This document shows positions 50,661 through 64,000 of a stretch of DNA of 64,000 bases, one piece after another (position 1 is the first letter of the stretch; the number at the start of each line of letters is the position of its first letter). This DNA is from Takakia lepidozioides (Eukaryota > Plantae > Bryophyta): contig CM060734.1 in the NCBI GenBank assembly GCA_030704615.1, positions 39,866,001-39,930,000 on the forward strand, read 5' to 3'. The notes under the pieces were generated by a model. It searched no databases and was not told the origin of the DNA. It saw only the letters and a list, made by a program, of their open reading frames with translations. Made by a program: the position numbers and the translations under genes.

Positions 50661-52761
50661 CACCCTTCCTCCAATGTGGTTGACCAGCTCTGTGGAATAC
50701 TTTTTCAAGATGTTTCTAACTTTTCTCATATTTTCTCTCTTCAATCTTTTCTTCTTTTTACTCTTCCTCTTCTGTTCCAATTCTTCTTCTCATTGACTCA
50801 TCCTCTGAGTCTTCTCATCTCTTTTTCTCTCCTGAGCATCCCAATTGCTCAATTCGTGTGCTGTTTCAACATGCCTCCTCCACTGTATTGTGGGGTAACA
50901 TGTCAACTTTCTTTTGCAGGATCTGGTCTTAGTCAATTCAAAACAAGCCTTTGTAGCCCTGGTGTGGGTAAGTTGCCAGGCTTTTCATCATCAGTCCATT
51001 CTTTCCATATACTTTCAACAGTTTCATGTTCTTTGCTTCAACGTTGTAAACTGCCATACACTTATCCTCAGTTTTACTGGTCCTGAAACTTATTCGGAAC
51101 GCTGGTGGTACTCAAGCCATTCCAGGTTAGGAAATGATTATCTGGGAATCTTGCATTACCATTCAATGGCTTTATTTATAAGTGAACACCGAAACAGTCT
51201 CATCTTGGCATCATCGCCATTCTCATGTTCACTATACACATGTGCTCGAATTGGCTAATGTGTACATCATGATCCCTTTTTCCTGAATATATTGGAAAAG
51301 GTGCGGTTTTGCCCGTGTTTGTTTGTAACGCATCTGTGTGGCCTTACCCCCTGCCCTCCTGCAGGTGTTTGGCCCTTTTGACTGATACTGGTCCTCGAGG
51401 ACCTCTAGTAGTTGTGGTGGTTCTTACACCAAGTACTGGCCCTGAGCACTTCCTGCTCATGGCCTCTACTATTAGCACAGTATTCCCAGCCTCAGTTGTA
51501 AACTATTTCCAACAATCCTTGTCACCACAGAACCAGATCCAGGTCTTCCGCCTGATCCCTCTGAGCCGACACCTTCGTGGCCGGTGTCAAAAAAAGTGCT
51601 CCACTTGATCCAGGTCCAACGGGCTGGGATGTCCTGGTTGTAGTTCAACCTCAGCTGCTGGGTCTACTTCTTCATACTCCTCATCTTCAATTTCTTCTCT
51701 CTGTTTTTCATTTCCCAAGTTCTGCCCTTGGGCTTTTCTTCTTCAGTCATGTTAAACTGTTTTGTATAGTGTTGGAGAGTTTGAACTCTCCATTGGCTTC
51801 TGCCACCTCATCTTCAGTTAAGAAAGGGGTTCCTTTTTTGGTGTTCCACGCCACCTTATCAAAGATTTCCGTTCAATCTTTTATCAGGGATGCACCTAAG
51901 ATCTTTCACCTCGTGTTTGATTTTTCCCCTGGCAACAATCCCCTTAATCTTTATTGCAAAGAAAGGGAAGGTGTAGTATCCAACTCTAAAACTCTTCCAG
52001 TTGGGTGAGTACTCCCTAATCCAATGGTGTGAGAGGTCCGATGATTCACCAATGTCTATTCCTCTCTCCCAAACGGTATGGATAATTAGCTTTCAGATAA
52101 CTTTCTCTTTTTGCTGAATATATCTGGGTCTAGCTTCTCTTTCATCATCAGTCCCATGTCCTTAGGTTCTTTTAATGTGGGCAGATGACCAAAATCCTTC
52201 TGTAGTATCTCTCGTATATGCTTGGGTTGCTCTCAAGCTTCAATGTTCCTCTGGATATACTAGAAGTCTCCGTTACCATATATACCATATGGAAACAAGT
52301 CTGAAAAGCTGTTCTTGGTGTGGTTTTTGATCCACAAGAGATCGTTTGGAATCCAGAGTTCTTTACCAGTACAAGTTCCTCATCATATGAGTATAAACAT
52401 CACTTTATTCCTCCCAGCTGTCAAACTCTACTCGAGCTTAATGGATAGCAGGGCTTTATCACATAACCAGGTGTTGATAACCAACGTGAATCTTCCTCTA
52501 CAGGCACCTGAGAAACTCGTTATCACTCCTTTCTCCAGACCCAAATTCCGGGTCAGCATCATGCACTCTCTTAAGAATTTTTCTGACAACCGTTCTGGCA
52601 ATCCAGAACCTCTGTGAACGAATTGTTTAGGAAATCTTTCCTTCTTGTTCACAGGGGAATTTGATCACATAAATTCTTAATCTCCAACCGACAGATCCCA
52701 CCAGATTGCCGGTTCACATTCTGGTTGTTCATTACCCAGTTCCCCAGTCATGGTCGCCAAA

Positions 52762-53577
52762 TGTCACGCGGCTTGCTCACCATACCTCGATTCCGAGGAG
52801 GAAACTCCAAGATAGAAGAGTTGGATATCTCTAAGCACTCAGCCCGCGTAGAACAATCAGTCATGACCTGCAGCTAGTGAATCATGGTTGGGTTTCCAAT
52901 TTATATTCCTTCTTACTTTCATATTCTCAGTTCTTCTTTACCAAGTACATTTAAGCGTCAGATTGCTCCTTTGACCCTCTGATTCCATTCATACACAGCT
53001 TCACTCAAGTCTCTCTACACAAGGTGTTTGTATCGGATAAGAATCAGATTAATGATAATTAGATACATGTTGATGCCACAGTTTCTCTAATCTACCTTTC
53101 TATGTAATTCTACAGCTTCTACTAACTAAGTCGCAATTGTCTCCTCCTCCTCTCTGTAGTATCATCATCATTCCTCTTCTCTCCCCATCTCCGTCCGTCC
53201 GTCCTCCGTGATGTCCCCCCCAGGATTTCCCAAGCAGTGATCCCCTTTCCAGTCCCCCGCTCCTGGCTTTATCTTCCTACCCGTTGTTCTAACCGTTTCC
53301 CTCACTAACCGTCATCCGTGAACTAACATGTTCCATTCGCAGATGTTGTTCCCCACAGTCGTTCCCTGTCCTGCTATCCGTTCCCTATGGTCGTGACAGC
53401 TGTGTCAAGCTGTGACTGGCTGTGTGAAACTGTGACGGGCTGTGACTGGCTGTGCGGGCTGTGTCGGCTGTGACTAGTCTATGTAAAAAAATAAGGGTAC
53501 CCCTTGGAACCCATAAAAGTGTCTAAGTCCCAGACCGAACCCATAAAAGTGCCTAAGTCCCAGACAGTCCTCTAACA
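52762..53577 (-). repeat. 5' LTR of the Athila/Tat-like element
   Basis: TG...CA termini, PBS 2 nt downstream, homologous to the LTR at 54843-55680. Confidence 0.85.
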
Positions 53578-53643
53578 CTGATGACTACTTATTTACACGC
53601 CATGACTCTAATTTTTCAGTCTTCTTCGCAGGGGGTGTAGGAG

Positions 53644-54762
53644 ATGCCAGTGGTAGAAGGGCCAGTGGTACCAATAGCACAGCAGGTGGCTGTGCAGGTA
53701 GCTGACCCTGTTGCTACAACAGCCAAACCACAGCCTGAGGTATGGGGAGATGCTGCTTTTAACCCACCTAGGACTCATACTGCACGGGAGTACAGTCGGA
53801 CTATGATTATGCCCTTCAACCAAATTCCCATTGTACTGGATTTGGCTTGGAAGGAATTTAGTCCTCTGCAGTCGTTGGCACATTACTACCAGATCATGCG
53901 CATTTGGTTGCCGGTGGCAACTCGGACTAAGGTTCTTCCGAACAATCGACCCATTGAAGATCATCACTTTGCGAGGTACTGGTCTGAGGCAGGTACCATG
54001 CTGAAGGAATTAATTGCCTTCCAGGTTGTACATGGGTACATCTATACCAAGACTAAGGAGGTATCTAGTATTGTCATGGGCTGTGGATTATACTATGCTG
54101 CTTGTTTTCTGGCACGTTATCACATTGAGCAGCAGAGGATGCAATCACGATTTCTGAGTTATTCCAGTGGGGATCATTGGGTCTTACCTTCGGTGCCACC
54201 TCATATGTACCTATATGATGCAAAAGTTATGATGCAGAAGGATTCCCAACTTTGTTCATGGTCTAATTCGGCTTAGAACAATTTGACAACACAGAAATTC
54301 GGCCCTGAGGATATTTTCTTTAAGGGACATGAAGCCTGGAAATACTTACACTATTCCAAAGTCATTGGAACACCTCTCACTTATACGGATAAGGAGTTCA
54401 GGGTGTTCACTAATTTTGCTTGCAAGCGCTTACAACAAGTTGTACAGTTTAAACTTCCAGACATGGTGGGACCACATTGTATGCCACACAAGATTCCACT
54501 TAAAGTTCGGCCTTTAAAACACTTACGGGGGGACGAAGATTCTGATACTACTGTTTCTTCAGAGGATTCTTTTGACATGGCAGAGGACTATGCACTTCAG
54601 ATGGCAGAGAAGAAACGACGGGGATCTCCTATGCCTGAAAGGTTACCTTGTTATCAACCAAAGGAGGGTCAGACATTTCCAGGTAGTGCTCAATCATCTC
54701 CATCAGCCAGTGACAGGACTCGGGCTCGCACACGGAGTCCTTCACAAGACTCTCACCGATAG
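53644..54762 (+). CDS. Extra ORF of unknown function in the 3' region of an LTR element (one in-frame TAG at 54274-54276)
   Basis: ORFs 53644-54276 and 54283-54762 share a frame and lie just upstream of the PPT and 3' LTR. Confidence 0.55.
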
Positions 54763-54842
54763 AAGGGTGCTCGCTCACAAAGGTTTGCTAATCCCAGACA
54801 GTAAACCGTGAGGGCACGGCTTTTTGAGAGGGGGAGGGGTAA

Positions 54843-55680
54843 TGTTAGAGGGCTGCTTGGGACTTAGATGCTTTTACGGGTTTTATGGGGTACCCTTAAT
54901 TTTTGCGCAGACTGAGACCAACATGAGTCTTAGGGGTGACAGCAGCAGGTTTTAGGGGGGTTACACAGCCCGACACAGCTTCGCACAGCCAGTCACAGCC
55001 CAACACAACTTTACAAAGCCAGTCACAGCTTGGCACAACTTGACACAGCCTGTCACACTACATGGGGAACAATTATCATTGAAAGGGAACGACTGTGAGG
55101 GAACGACATCTGCAGAAGGAACGTGTTACTTCAGGGGTGACGGTTAGTTAGTTAGGTGGTTAGAACAGCTTGCGGGTAGTTTAGGAGAGCGGCAACGGAA
55201 AGGGGATCACTTCTGGAGAGGGCGACTTGTGGAAGGGAGCAAGAAACGTAACGGAGAGCGGGAAACATGGTAGAGAAGATGATGACTTGAATGAGGCTTA
55301 GTTCATGCAAGCTGTAGAATTATATAGTAGGATAGAATAGAGACATCATGGCATAGACATGATACATGATTAATCTTAATCCGATACTGAATCGTTACAA
55401 ACATACTGTGTAGAGAGACACGAGAGAAGCTGTGGAATGAATGCATAATTAACTGGGACTTAGTAGATACTGAAGCAATCTGATGCTTCAATATACACGG
55501 CAAGGTAAATTGATATGAAGGTAGGAAGGAATACAAATAGGAAGCACAACCATGATTCACTAATTGCAGGTCATGACTGATTGTTCTGAGCCGGCTGAGT
55601 GCTTAGAGATATCCAACTCTTCTATCTTGGAGTTTCCACCTCGGATAACGAAGGGATGGGTGAGTAAAAGCCGCTCGACA
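54843..55680 (+). repeat. 3' LTR of a related Athila/Tat-like element in opposite orientation
   Basis: PPT GAGAGGGGGAGGGG immediately upstream; TGTTAGAGG...CGACA; diverged homolog of 52762-53577. Confidence 0.82.
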
Positions 55681-55718
55681 AGTGTAAAAGGGGGCCGGGG
55701 TTGAGCCTTGGCTTAGCC

Positions 55719-56532
55719 TCGAGAATTTTGAAGCTAGTAGATAGGGTATAGGCACAAACCTGCAAATGGATTTGAAGAGGGCATCTCCCTTGTGACATAA
55801 AGGACTTTATACCTAGGACAGAAAATTAGGAAATAAATAATATATTTGTCTTCAAGTTGTCCACACCATGGGCATTGGCAATCCACTTTTCCTCTCTACT
55901 TCTGTTTGCTGTCCAAATGTAGGCTTCCCGCTTGGAGTTTACATTCAGTTTATAGCCAAGATTGACCTGAATGGGCCTATGGCTTAGCGTTCAGATTTAC
56001 AAAGTTGGTAAATAGGGACACATGAATAGTTCCCTGAATGGATTCTCACGGGCATTTGCGATCCCCCTTCCTCTCTGATTCTGTTTGCTGCTGAAAGGTA
56101 GGCTTAATCCTACCCTAAGTTTAAATTAGTCTAGTGCCGAGAGTGTGAAAGAAAAGAGAAGGAACTCACGCGTCTGGATGCGGCAGGGGGCCTGGATTTG
56201 GGACTCATCCCGGTGTTAGGACTCCAAATCAATCCAACCTTAACACTATAACATGCAAAGAAGACAAGATAGGAGAAAAGAAGATATAAACAAGACTAGT
56301 TCTCCCTAAACTAAAGAAGATAAAAAACAAGGCTGCATGGTGCATTTGGACAACAAACAAAAGTAGAGAGGAAAAGTGGATTGCCAATGCCCGTGGTGTG
56401 GGCAACCTGAAGACATTATTATTCATATCCTAATTTAATGTCCTAGGTATTCTCACAAAGGAGACGCCCTCTTAAAATCCATTTGCAGGTTTGTGCCTAT
56501 AATACGCTATCTACCAACTTCAAAAATCTCGA
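55719..56532. mobile_element. MITE/foldback-like element with ~80-bp imperfect inverted repeats
   Basis: TATAGGCACAAACCTGCAAATGGATTT core (~55748) inverted at ~56476-56502, with extended flanking similarity. No TSD seen. Confidence 0.55.
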
Positions 56533-57490
56533 ACAAAAGGTCCAGTGAGTAAGCTTACCGCATTGGCCTGGTTGAAAAGGGCTGATTCACGGGGCTCCAC
56601 AACTGGTTGCTTGAGTTTACGGATTCGCTCCCACACAGTGCTCAATCTGGCTATTGCTGCAGATGTCTGTATTCACCCTCTTGCTTAAACTTATTGCGAG
56701 AGAATTCACAGAATGATAGTATTTGGACGTCAGACATAAAGCGTGCAAAAGAGACCCCGTGGATGGAGAGTGGGTTGACCCCCTTTGGTGAAAAATGTAC
56801 AGCAAGGCAATTTTAAATGATGGGATTTTAGGTTGTAGACTGGTCAAGTGACCCTGAAATACAGTAAATCTCAGGGAGCTTGTACGTGGCAAGCTAGATT
56901 GTAACTTTGTGCATATAACTTTGAAAACATAGTCAATAGATGTATCTCAGAAATCCTAATCTTCCAACAGATATTCAGAAATCAATCACCAGTCCCTAAC
57001 TACCAAGAATATGTGTATATTTATTTAAAGATACTAAACCAGGTCATCAACCATAACAACAACCCAAACTTACACTCAACGGAGTTTGCCAGGCATGCTT
57101 CCACATTTCGCGTTCATGTCAGCAAGGTCAGTCTCCAAATTTACATCCAGTGCAATCCCAACTTTGATGATGTCAGCATCAACCTCTTGCCTACTTACAA
57201 GGCTCCCAGGTCAGCACATGCATTGAGGATGCAAATAACCCTCCTTTTTGCTGTCATTTCATAATACGAGCCAAGAGCCCACATTTGTAGGATGGACTAA
57301 CTTCTTAGCATGGCACATTAAGAAAAAGCCACACCTTGTGATTGCGGTTGTCCCACCATGATCATGAAGAATCTTTACAAACTTATGCCAGCTTTGCTCC
57401 GTGCCGAGTCTGATGAGAGGGCAAAACAGGCTGAAATAGGTCGAAGAAGAAGGTGCCCTCACCACATTGTCCTTGACCTTGTGTCATGAC

Positions 57491-58111
57491 CAGTGTTGGA
57501 CTGGTATACCTGGTTGAACCTAGGTATGGAGTACAAGTATGAATATATATATTGAAGAACATACCAGTCGGGTATGAAAGAACCAGTGTACCCATGTGAT
57601 ACACGTACTGGGGGAGTATGGCTTTAGGATTCCCCCCACACATACCATACCAGTCTGGATATATGGAGGAATAGCATGGTCCTGATACCAGTATTGCGGT
57701 GAGTTCATGGCGAATGGAGGTAGGTATGAGTATATGTTAGTGCAGCTAGTTATACCCTGTACTACAATTTGGTTAATTCAAGGCTCCATGTTGCAATTTA
57801 GACTTCATTTGCTGTTTCGTGCTACTTTGGGTTACCTTTGCCTAGTGTTTCACGGCTTGGATTAAAATTAGCTATGTGCTAAATGACATTTATTTCTTTG
57901 TATGGTGAGCTGTAGAAATACCATACCATTGCTCATACCCCCCAGTATCACTACAGAGAAAGGGCAATACGAGTACCATACTCATATATAGCCCAAAGTA
58001 CAACTACTCATACCAGATTCATACCCAAGTTGCTCATACCTGTATAGATACCTATACCAGCCTGGTATGAAAAAGTGGTAGGACCCTTCATACCGGGACC
58101 AGTCTGGTATT
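57491..58111. mobile_element. Second copy of the hAT-type MITE, right TIR lost
   Basis: Colinear with 30890-31492, starts CAGTGTTGGAC and is preceded by GTCATGAC. Confidence 0.85.
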
Positions 58112-61100
58112 AAAAAAATGGACATATCAGTCCAGTTTGGCAGTCAGATATACCGCGTTCTGTCGTAGTGTTTTTGCCCTAGTTTTCAGTCTGGTTGTGC
58201 TCAATTTGTTGGTCTTTGTGATGCTTGTGTGGTATCCTCTTGCAGAATCTGCAAAGACTCTCTTTTCTTCCCTCTATATGTCTAATAAGCATCTTGGTGG
58301 CTGTGGGTTGGTTTTGACAGGTCAGATGTCTTCGCTGTTTAAGTGCCTGATAGTCTTGGCACACTCCATGTCTGTCATTCCCACTCTCATCTCACAGCTA
58401 TCCTTCCTGACATGTATGTCACTCCATCTCTCACTCACTATATTGTCTTCTTTCTCGCTGTCTTTATCTTTCCAGCAAAGGGTGTCTTGTAGGTCTGGGT
58501 TTTTGGTCATTTCCATCTGGTTTGTAAGACCTTCTATGTTAAGAGCCGGTTTTTGCTCCCTCTCTGAACCTTGACATCCAACCTGGTTATGTTCAAGCTG
58601 TACATCATTGCAAGATAGGTGTGGTTTTTTTGGGCAGTTCACACTAACTATGCACTCTTCCCTCGTCCTAATTTCAGTGACAGTGCTGGTGTCCATGGGC
58701 TGGTCTTGGCAAGCCTGCAGTCTCTCACTATTCTCTTGACAAATAGATTCATGAATTCATGTGTGTGTGGTTGTGGTGTACATGCAGTGGGCATGGAGTT
58801 ACTGCACATTTGTGACCTAGGAACCGTCTTGACAATAATTTATAACAAAGCTGATGTAAGGCTTTTTGTCATGGCTAGTGAGCCAAAGCAGGAAATTTAA
58901 CGATTATGAGGGCAACATGTATGTTATGTTCGCCCTTAGACTATATTTTGAGGAGTCGGATTTCGGGACAGGAGTGCTATTTTGTAAATTTGACTGGCAA
59001 TTGTTTAAGACAATCTCTTTTACATCTGAAATCGGTCCCTTCAGTGCCTTTATTATGTCATTTGCGCTTTGTCGCTTTGTTCTTTCATGTGAATGATGGT
59101 GGGTTTGTGATTTTCCAAATAATATTTCTCAACAACTAATTTGATGCCACGCGTCCAACCCAACAAACCACTCCAGAGTAGGTACCATGACTGCACAACA
59201 CGCATCATACATTGACACGTGTCATATCCTTGAGAAAACACTTGGCAATGAGCTCCTATAGGCATAGTCGTGGGAATGAGATGTGAGGTCAAGATATCAA
59301 AAAAAAGGTTTGATGGTGTTATTGAGAAAACCCCACCGTTCGAGTAGGAAATTGGGCGACTTCATCTCCAGAGATACCCAACACAGCTAGAATGTTTCCA
59401 AGAGTTTCAACCTACAAAACCTCACATTTAATTCTCCTCACATTTACAAATACTCAATCAATTAGATAACCGATGGGTGTAGTGGTTGGTACTGTGCATT
59501 TTGAACAGCTAGAGATGTACATGCCACGCCAGTGCTAGTCTACTCAATGTAGCCTCCAAAACATGGAAGAGAGTGCTGCATCAGCCCTTGGCTTCACAAG
59601 AAAGAAAATGAAATGGTGCTTTATAACGTCCGCGGAAAGCTCATAGAGCTTATGGGACAAAATGGAAAGAAAAACATGAAAGAAAACAGGAAACCAGAGT
59701 CAGAGAAAAGAACTATTGTTCGAGTGATTGTCTAAGGGTGAATGCCTCGTGTAGGTAGGCTGCCAAGAAAGAAAGAAACTAGGGCCTGAAGGGAGACCAA
59801 TACTCATGGGTGATCATCACTGTTGCCTTTGCTCTCTTGTAGTCGATGCTAAATGTCAAGGCCTTGCCACCCCCATAAAAAAAAGCCTACAATACCAACC
59901 TGCACAAGTTGTACCCAAACACCATGATAGATCGCCGACACATTACAAAAAGTACATCTGGATTACACACCCATCGGTAGATCTATGGATACTTCAGGTC
60001 CTCCTTAAGCACTTGTTCACCCCAAGGACTTCTGCCAGTTGCCCTCACAATTGGAAATGATTAACATTCCCCCAGATCATGATAGTCTCTTCTACACAAA
60101 GCTGAACCCCATCCTCCTCCCTCCCTCCCTCTGTCACCTTTGATGGATGTTGGTATACCTGAGACGTGGTGAGGGCAGGAAAAATAGACTTGGGGATGAT
60201 GTGAGTGCTATCACAATGCACAAAACCTCTTTCGCAAGTTCTTCTGCTTCCCGGAATTGAAAGTTTAGAACAACAAGATATTAAGCATGTGAAGGAGTGA
60301 AGGAGGAAGATGAGAGATGAACCCTGTGAGCTTGGGAGTGGGGATAGGCGAGTGATGGATGATCATAAAACAAGAAATACATGTTATATTGGCCATCTTA
60401 CAACCATAGATCAAGCAACATAGTTCACTGAAACACAAAGGCAAGAGAAAATATGCAAAAGGGGAAAGGGAGTGGAACGAGAAGAGGGAGGTTGTAACTT
60501 GTAACCATTATTGAGAAGTTTCCACTCTTATACCTACAGATTCCGTTCCTAAAAAATATATTCTAGCACATATATCTAGGCGTAGGGGGCAAGTTGTTGA
60601 TGACCTCCTGCATCACCTCACAAGAGGCAATGGGAGTTCAACTGCCCCTTTCTCCAAGGGCTCCCCAAAGCAATGCTGTTCCTAAGATGAGGGAGAAGCT
60701 CTGATTTCCACCCTTAGGTTGAGATTACTTCACCTTATTGTCTTCCGTCAAACTTTGAAGAAAAGTTTACATTGAAATACCTGGCCATGCCTAGGCAACC
60801 TAGACCTGAGTGACTTTCAAATGCTCAGGCGATCTGCTATGGAGAGGTTTGTTTACTTCAGCTAAATCATACAGGCCTGAATATATGGCAGAGGGTATAA
60901 AACGTCGGTCATGAGTGTCCTTATTACTTGCAGCAATGGCAGCAGCGGATTATATTCACAAATTTGGGGACCTCATCACTCCGTATCTCAATTGCATGCT
61001 TCACCTCGTGGTCAAAGTCTGCTTCTATGCCTAGTTCATGCTTTGGAATGAAGTCCTGAAAGATAAATTGAATACACACCCTCATTGCATACCTGCAGCA

Positions 61101-61218
61101 CTGGGGCCTCCCCTTGTGCCGCAACCATCAACGAGGCCATCTTGGCCCACCAGTGGACAGTTGCCATTGTCCGGACCACCTGCATAGATACAAGCTGGCA
61201 GAAGTGCTCTGTGAGCAG

Positions 61219-63805
61219 TTAATCCTCCTCGAGCTCAGTATAATCAGCCACCTGCTGCTGGGTCTGAGAGTTTCGTGCCCGCAACCGCAATTCTTGGATC
61301 TCCACAAGCAGCGAGGCATCACACACTAGATTTGCCTGCACCAGAGGCTTGGGACAGCCTGCCAAAAATTGTACACAAACATTCCCATTTCACAGAGGTG
61401 GTGCAAGTCACAGTGTACTGTAGTAAAAAAAGTAAATAGTGAAGACCAAACAGCAAGGGTTGATTGGTGAGTATTTTATTCAAAACTAAGCTCTTCAAGA
61501 GGCTTATAAATGTGATGCCAGTGGTACAAGGAGAGGGGAAGGAGGCTCACCTGCAGCAGCACAAGGACATGGGCGCCTTCTGTGATTAGCTCGGTGACGC
61601 ATAATGTGGTCTAAAACTGCTGCATGCTCAAAGACATGTCGGCAATCCATGCTGCCACAACAAGAACTCAACCCTTCAGTATCCTCTAAAACACAATCAA
61701 TACCATACAGTAGCGACTCCATCTGTTTTCTCCATATGTAAGCTATCAGATACACATATCAGCTTTAATGATCAGCTCAATTGGATCTGAACCATGGTGA
61801 ACATCATATCCATCCACAACAGTCAGCTCCACTACAACCATACAATTAGACAGTTCATCAAAGAAAACAACAGCTCACTACAATTAGTTGGACATACAGA
61901 CCTCCGGACAGGTTTAGTGAGTTCAGTAACAGGCTTGCCGCTCAGAGGGCAGGTTGGATTAAGAACGCCCCACTGTCCATTCATCATCACCATCTCGTCT
62001 TGCTCCTGACCAGGCATTGGCTGTCCAGAATGGTTCACATTCTGCTTGTACCAGCCCACAACCAGGACTGTTACTCCCTTTTGTCCTTTTCCTACTACTG
62101 CATTCATCCCCCTTTGTTTTGGAGGACGACCACAAGTTCCTCACACCTTGAACGCTACAGTATCACTTGTAAAAGAGAGAATACTTCATGGCATACGTAC
62201 AAGTCAAAAGAAGCATGCTGAAAGTGGTGCCAGTCAGGCCAGCAAACCCATCCATCATGACATTCTTACTTAATTTGCTGATGTAATTGCTCTTGGACCT
62301 GTAGACGTTGAAAACCAAAAAGATGGAACAAAACTTGCCCAGACAGCTTCGTTGAACTGCTTAAAAAACTGATGGTTTGCTGGGTCAGAGGGTGCGGCTG
62401 CTTTGAGCTCCTGCATTTTCTTTGTGAGGAGCATTTCAAAGTCTGTCACCTGTGCCCCCACAGGCCTTAAGCTATTCAGTGGAGTAATGCACCTGCAGCT
62501 TAGAAAAACTTAGAAAACCGAATAGAAAATGCAACACCGCCATATGCATGGAGGTGCCAAACCTTTTAAACTGCCAGCATCACAAAGTGACTAATTGTGT
62601 ATCAAGGTGATTAGAGAAAATGTTCAGAAGTCAAAGTAGCAGACACCTCATGAGAAGGCTGGTAGGTGGTGCTCAAAGATTGTAGCGCTGAACAGTGGTT
62701 GCGTAGCTGATCCGCAAACCCAATAATTTGCAGGGTTGCATCCTTCAGCTCTGACACCTTCACAACCCACCCACCAGTTAAAAACCTACTGCTATCAGCA
62801 TTGTTTTCCCTGTATCCTTTTGTTCTCCATTCAGCCTCCATTGGCTCTGACAACTATGGCGGAAAAATCAAGGAAATATTCCATCACATATGTGGAGTTG
62901 TGCATGTCAATCTAGAGGCAGGTTCCCATCCATATTGATTTGCAAACCTTGCAATAGGGTGAGGCAAGGAGGGGAGCGGAAGGTGTCCTGAGGGTTGGAA
63001 AAAGGACACAGGGCGAGGCGAATATGACGAACTTCCTATAAACCACGAGAACAGAGGCCTTATAATATATTATGGTCATGCTAAAAGGGCCATGCCAAGT
63101 AACTGCAACGTCAGTGCCGCAAAGTCAGACTATCTGAAAGTGAGGGACTGATCGAAGCAACAAAGGGAGGTGGTACCGCTGCGTTATTGTTATCCCTCTC
63201 CAAATCTTCAGCCACCAGCTTCATCATCAAGGTATTTGCATCTATCTCCTGTTCCATCACATTAACATCAAACACAGACAATGTAACGGTATCAGGTTTA
63301 TCGTGCGTTAAATTCGGCAAAGAAAATCCAGTGAAAGACTAAAAAGACTAAAAAGACGTCTTGAAACGAAAACACAAGTGGTGAACTTAGAAACGGTCGT
63401 ATTACTCTCCAGAAACGGACGGGCCAATCTCCTCCAGTCCCTACCCTTGCCAGCAGACCCTTTCCCAGATAAAATTAAATATGAGACAGACGAGTAGTGT
63501 AATAACAGCGTCTGGATCCTATGAAGGACGAAGCATGGCCAAGTGAGTGTTGCTGTAGAACTAGTGCATGTGCTTTGCTCATCTCCGGGATAATCCGTAC
63601 GCCCGGTGCCATCACAACCTGAGCTCAATTCGACCCCAAAAAAAATACCTAAAATGATGAACCACAAGAAATTGGAATCCAACGCAAGCAATTCAAACCA
63701 CACCAACGGATAAACAGTGGTGAGACGTACAGAAAGCATTGTCCGAACGTTGCCCTCCAAATTCTTCATAGAGGAACGCATCCTGTCCACCCCTGGTGCC
63801 GCCAT
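61219..63805 (-). CDS. MMS21: E3 SUMO ligase MMS21/NSE2 (SMC5/6 subunit), about 7 exons
   Basis: Spliced exons read MAAPGVDRM...; FFKQFNEAVW/NVNHSGQPMPGQEQDEMVM (plant MMS21 motif); SP-RING LNPTCPLSGKPVTELTKPVRS/MDCRHVFE...CAAAG/CPKPL; ending DYTELEED*. One donor is GC (~62339). Confidence 0.88.
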
Positions 63806-64000
63806 CGCTGACTGCCTCGTAACAACGATCAGCTTCAGGAATTGAGAGCACACTACGCACATGTAATTCAAAGGAGAGAGACAAGGGCAGAACGCGGGAA
63901 CCCTAAACCCTACAAGACGTCCGGCTTCCAATCATATTAGCTTGCAGCCTTCTAGGCTCACTTTAAGCCGTCCGATAGAAAACTAGACGATCAAGATCGC

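Larger units (their letters stand above)
36517..53577 (-). mobile_element. Non-chromovirus (Athila/Tat-like) gypsy element; 3'-truncated in RT and interrupted in gag by the 38750-50660 insertion
   Basis: 5' LTR 53577-52762 (TGTTAGAGG...GTGACA), PBS TGGCGACCATGACTGGGGA, degraded gag (~51300-50661 and 38749-37937, CCHC knuckles), protease VLIDGGSGVN, RT N-terminus WLSPIVIVPKKNGKLRVCV...DGFSGYNQ. Confidence 0.85.

Noticed and set aside
52762-55680. One foldback transposon with ~820-bp TIRs around an ORF
   Set aside because: One arm has an adjacent PBS and the other an adjacent PPT, so these are LTRs of two related retroelements in opposite orientation.
58137-60200. Short ORFs (e.g. 58322-58696, -) as a gene
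   Set aside because: No recognisable motifs and no consistent exon chain could be built by eye.

Overview
This is eukaryotic, intron-containing, transposon-dense DNA, most likely from a non-seed land plant. That inference rests on PLS-class PPR relics, a VAPYRIN gene, an MMS21/NSE2 gene and plant-type Ty3/gypsy elements. Only two intact host genes are visible: VAPYRIN (28364-30324, +) and MMS21/NSE2 (61219-63805, -). The rest is mostly mobile DNA: (1) the 3' part of a chromodomain Ty3/gypsy element inserted in a decayed PPR gene; (2) a ~12.5-kb Mutator-like element whose transposase is head-to-head with an intron-containing ParB-like + beta-class amino-methyltransferase-like gene, with helically phased 20-28-bp palindromes in its non-coding parts, plus relics of related elements; (3) piggyBac-, hAT- and other MITE-like elements and tRNA-derived SINEs; (4) an 11.9-kb Ty3/gypsy element (38750-50660, -) nested in an Athila/Tat-like element. 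Element (4) carries a DNMT3-like C5 methyltransferase between protease and RT and a PHD finger after integrase. It has split direct repeats (A1-ORFs-B1-GC-A2-B2) instead of two ordinary LTRs, a 4-bp TSD and an apparent tRNA-independent priming signal. Elements (2) and (4) are the strongest candidates for undescribed systems. Domain calls come from motif recognition by eye; no database searches were run.
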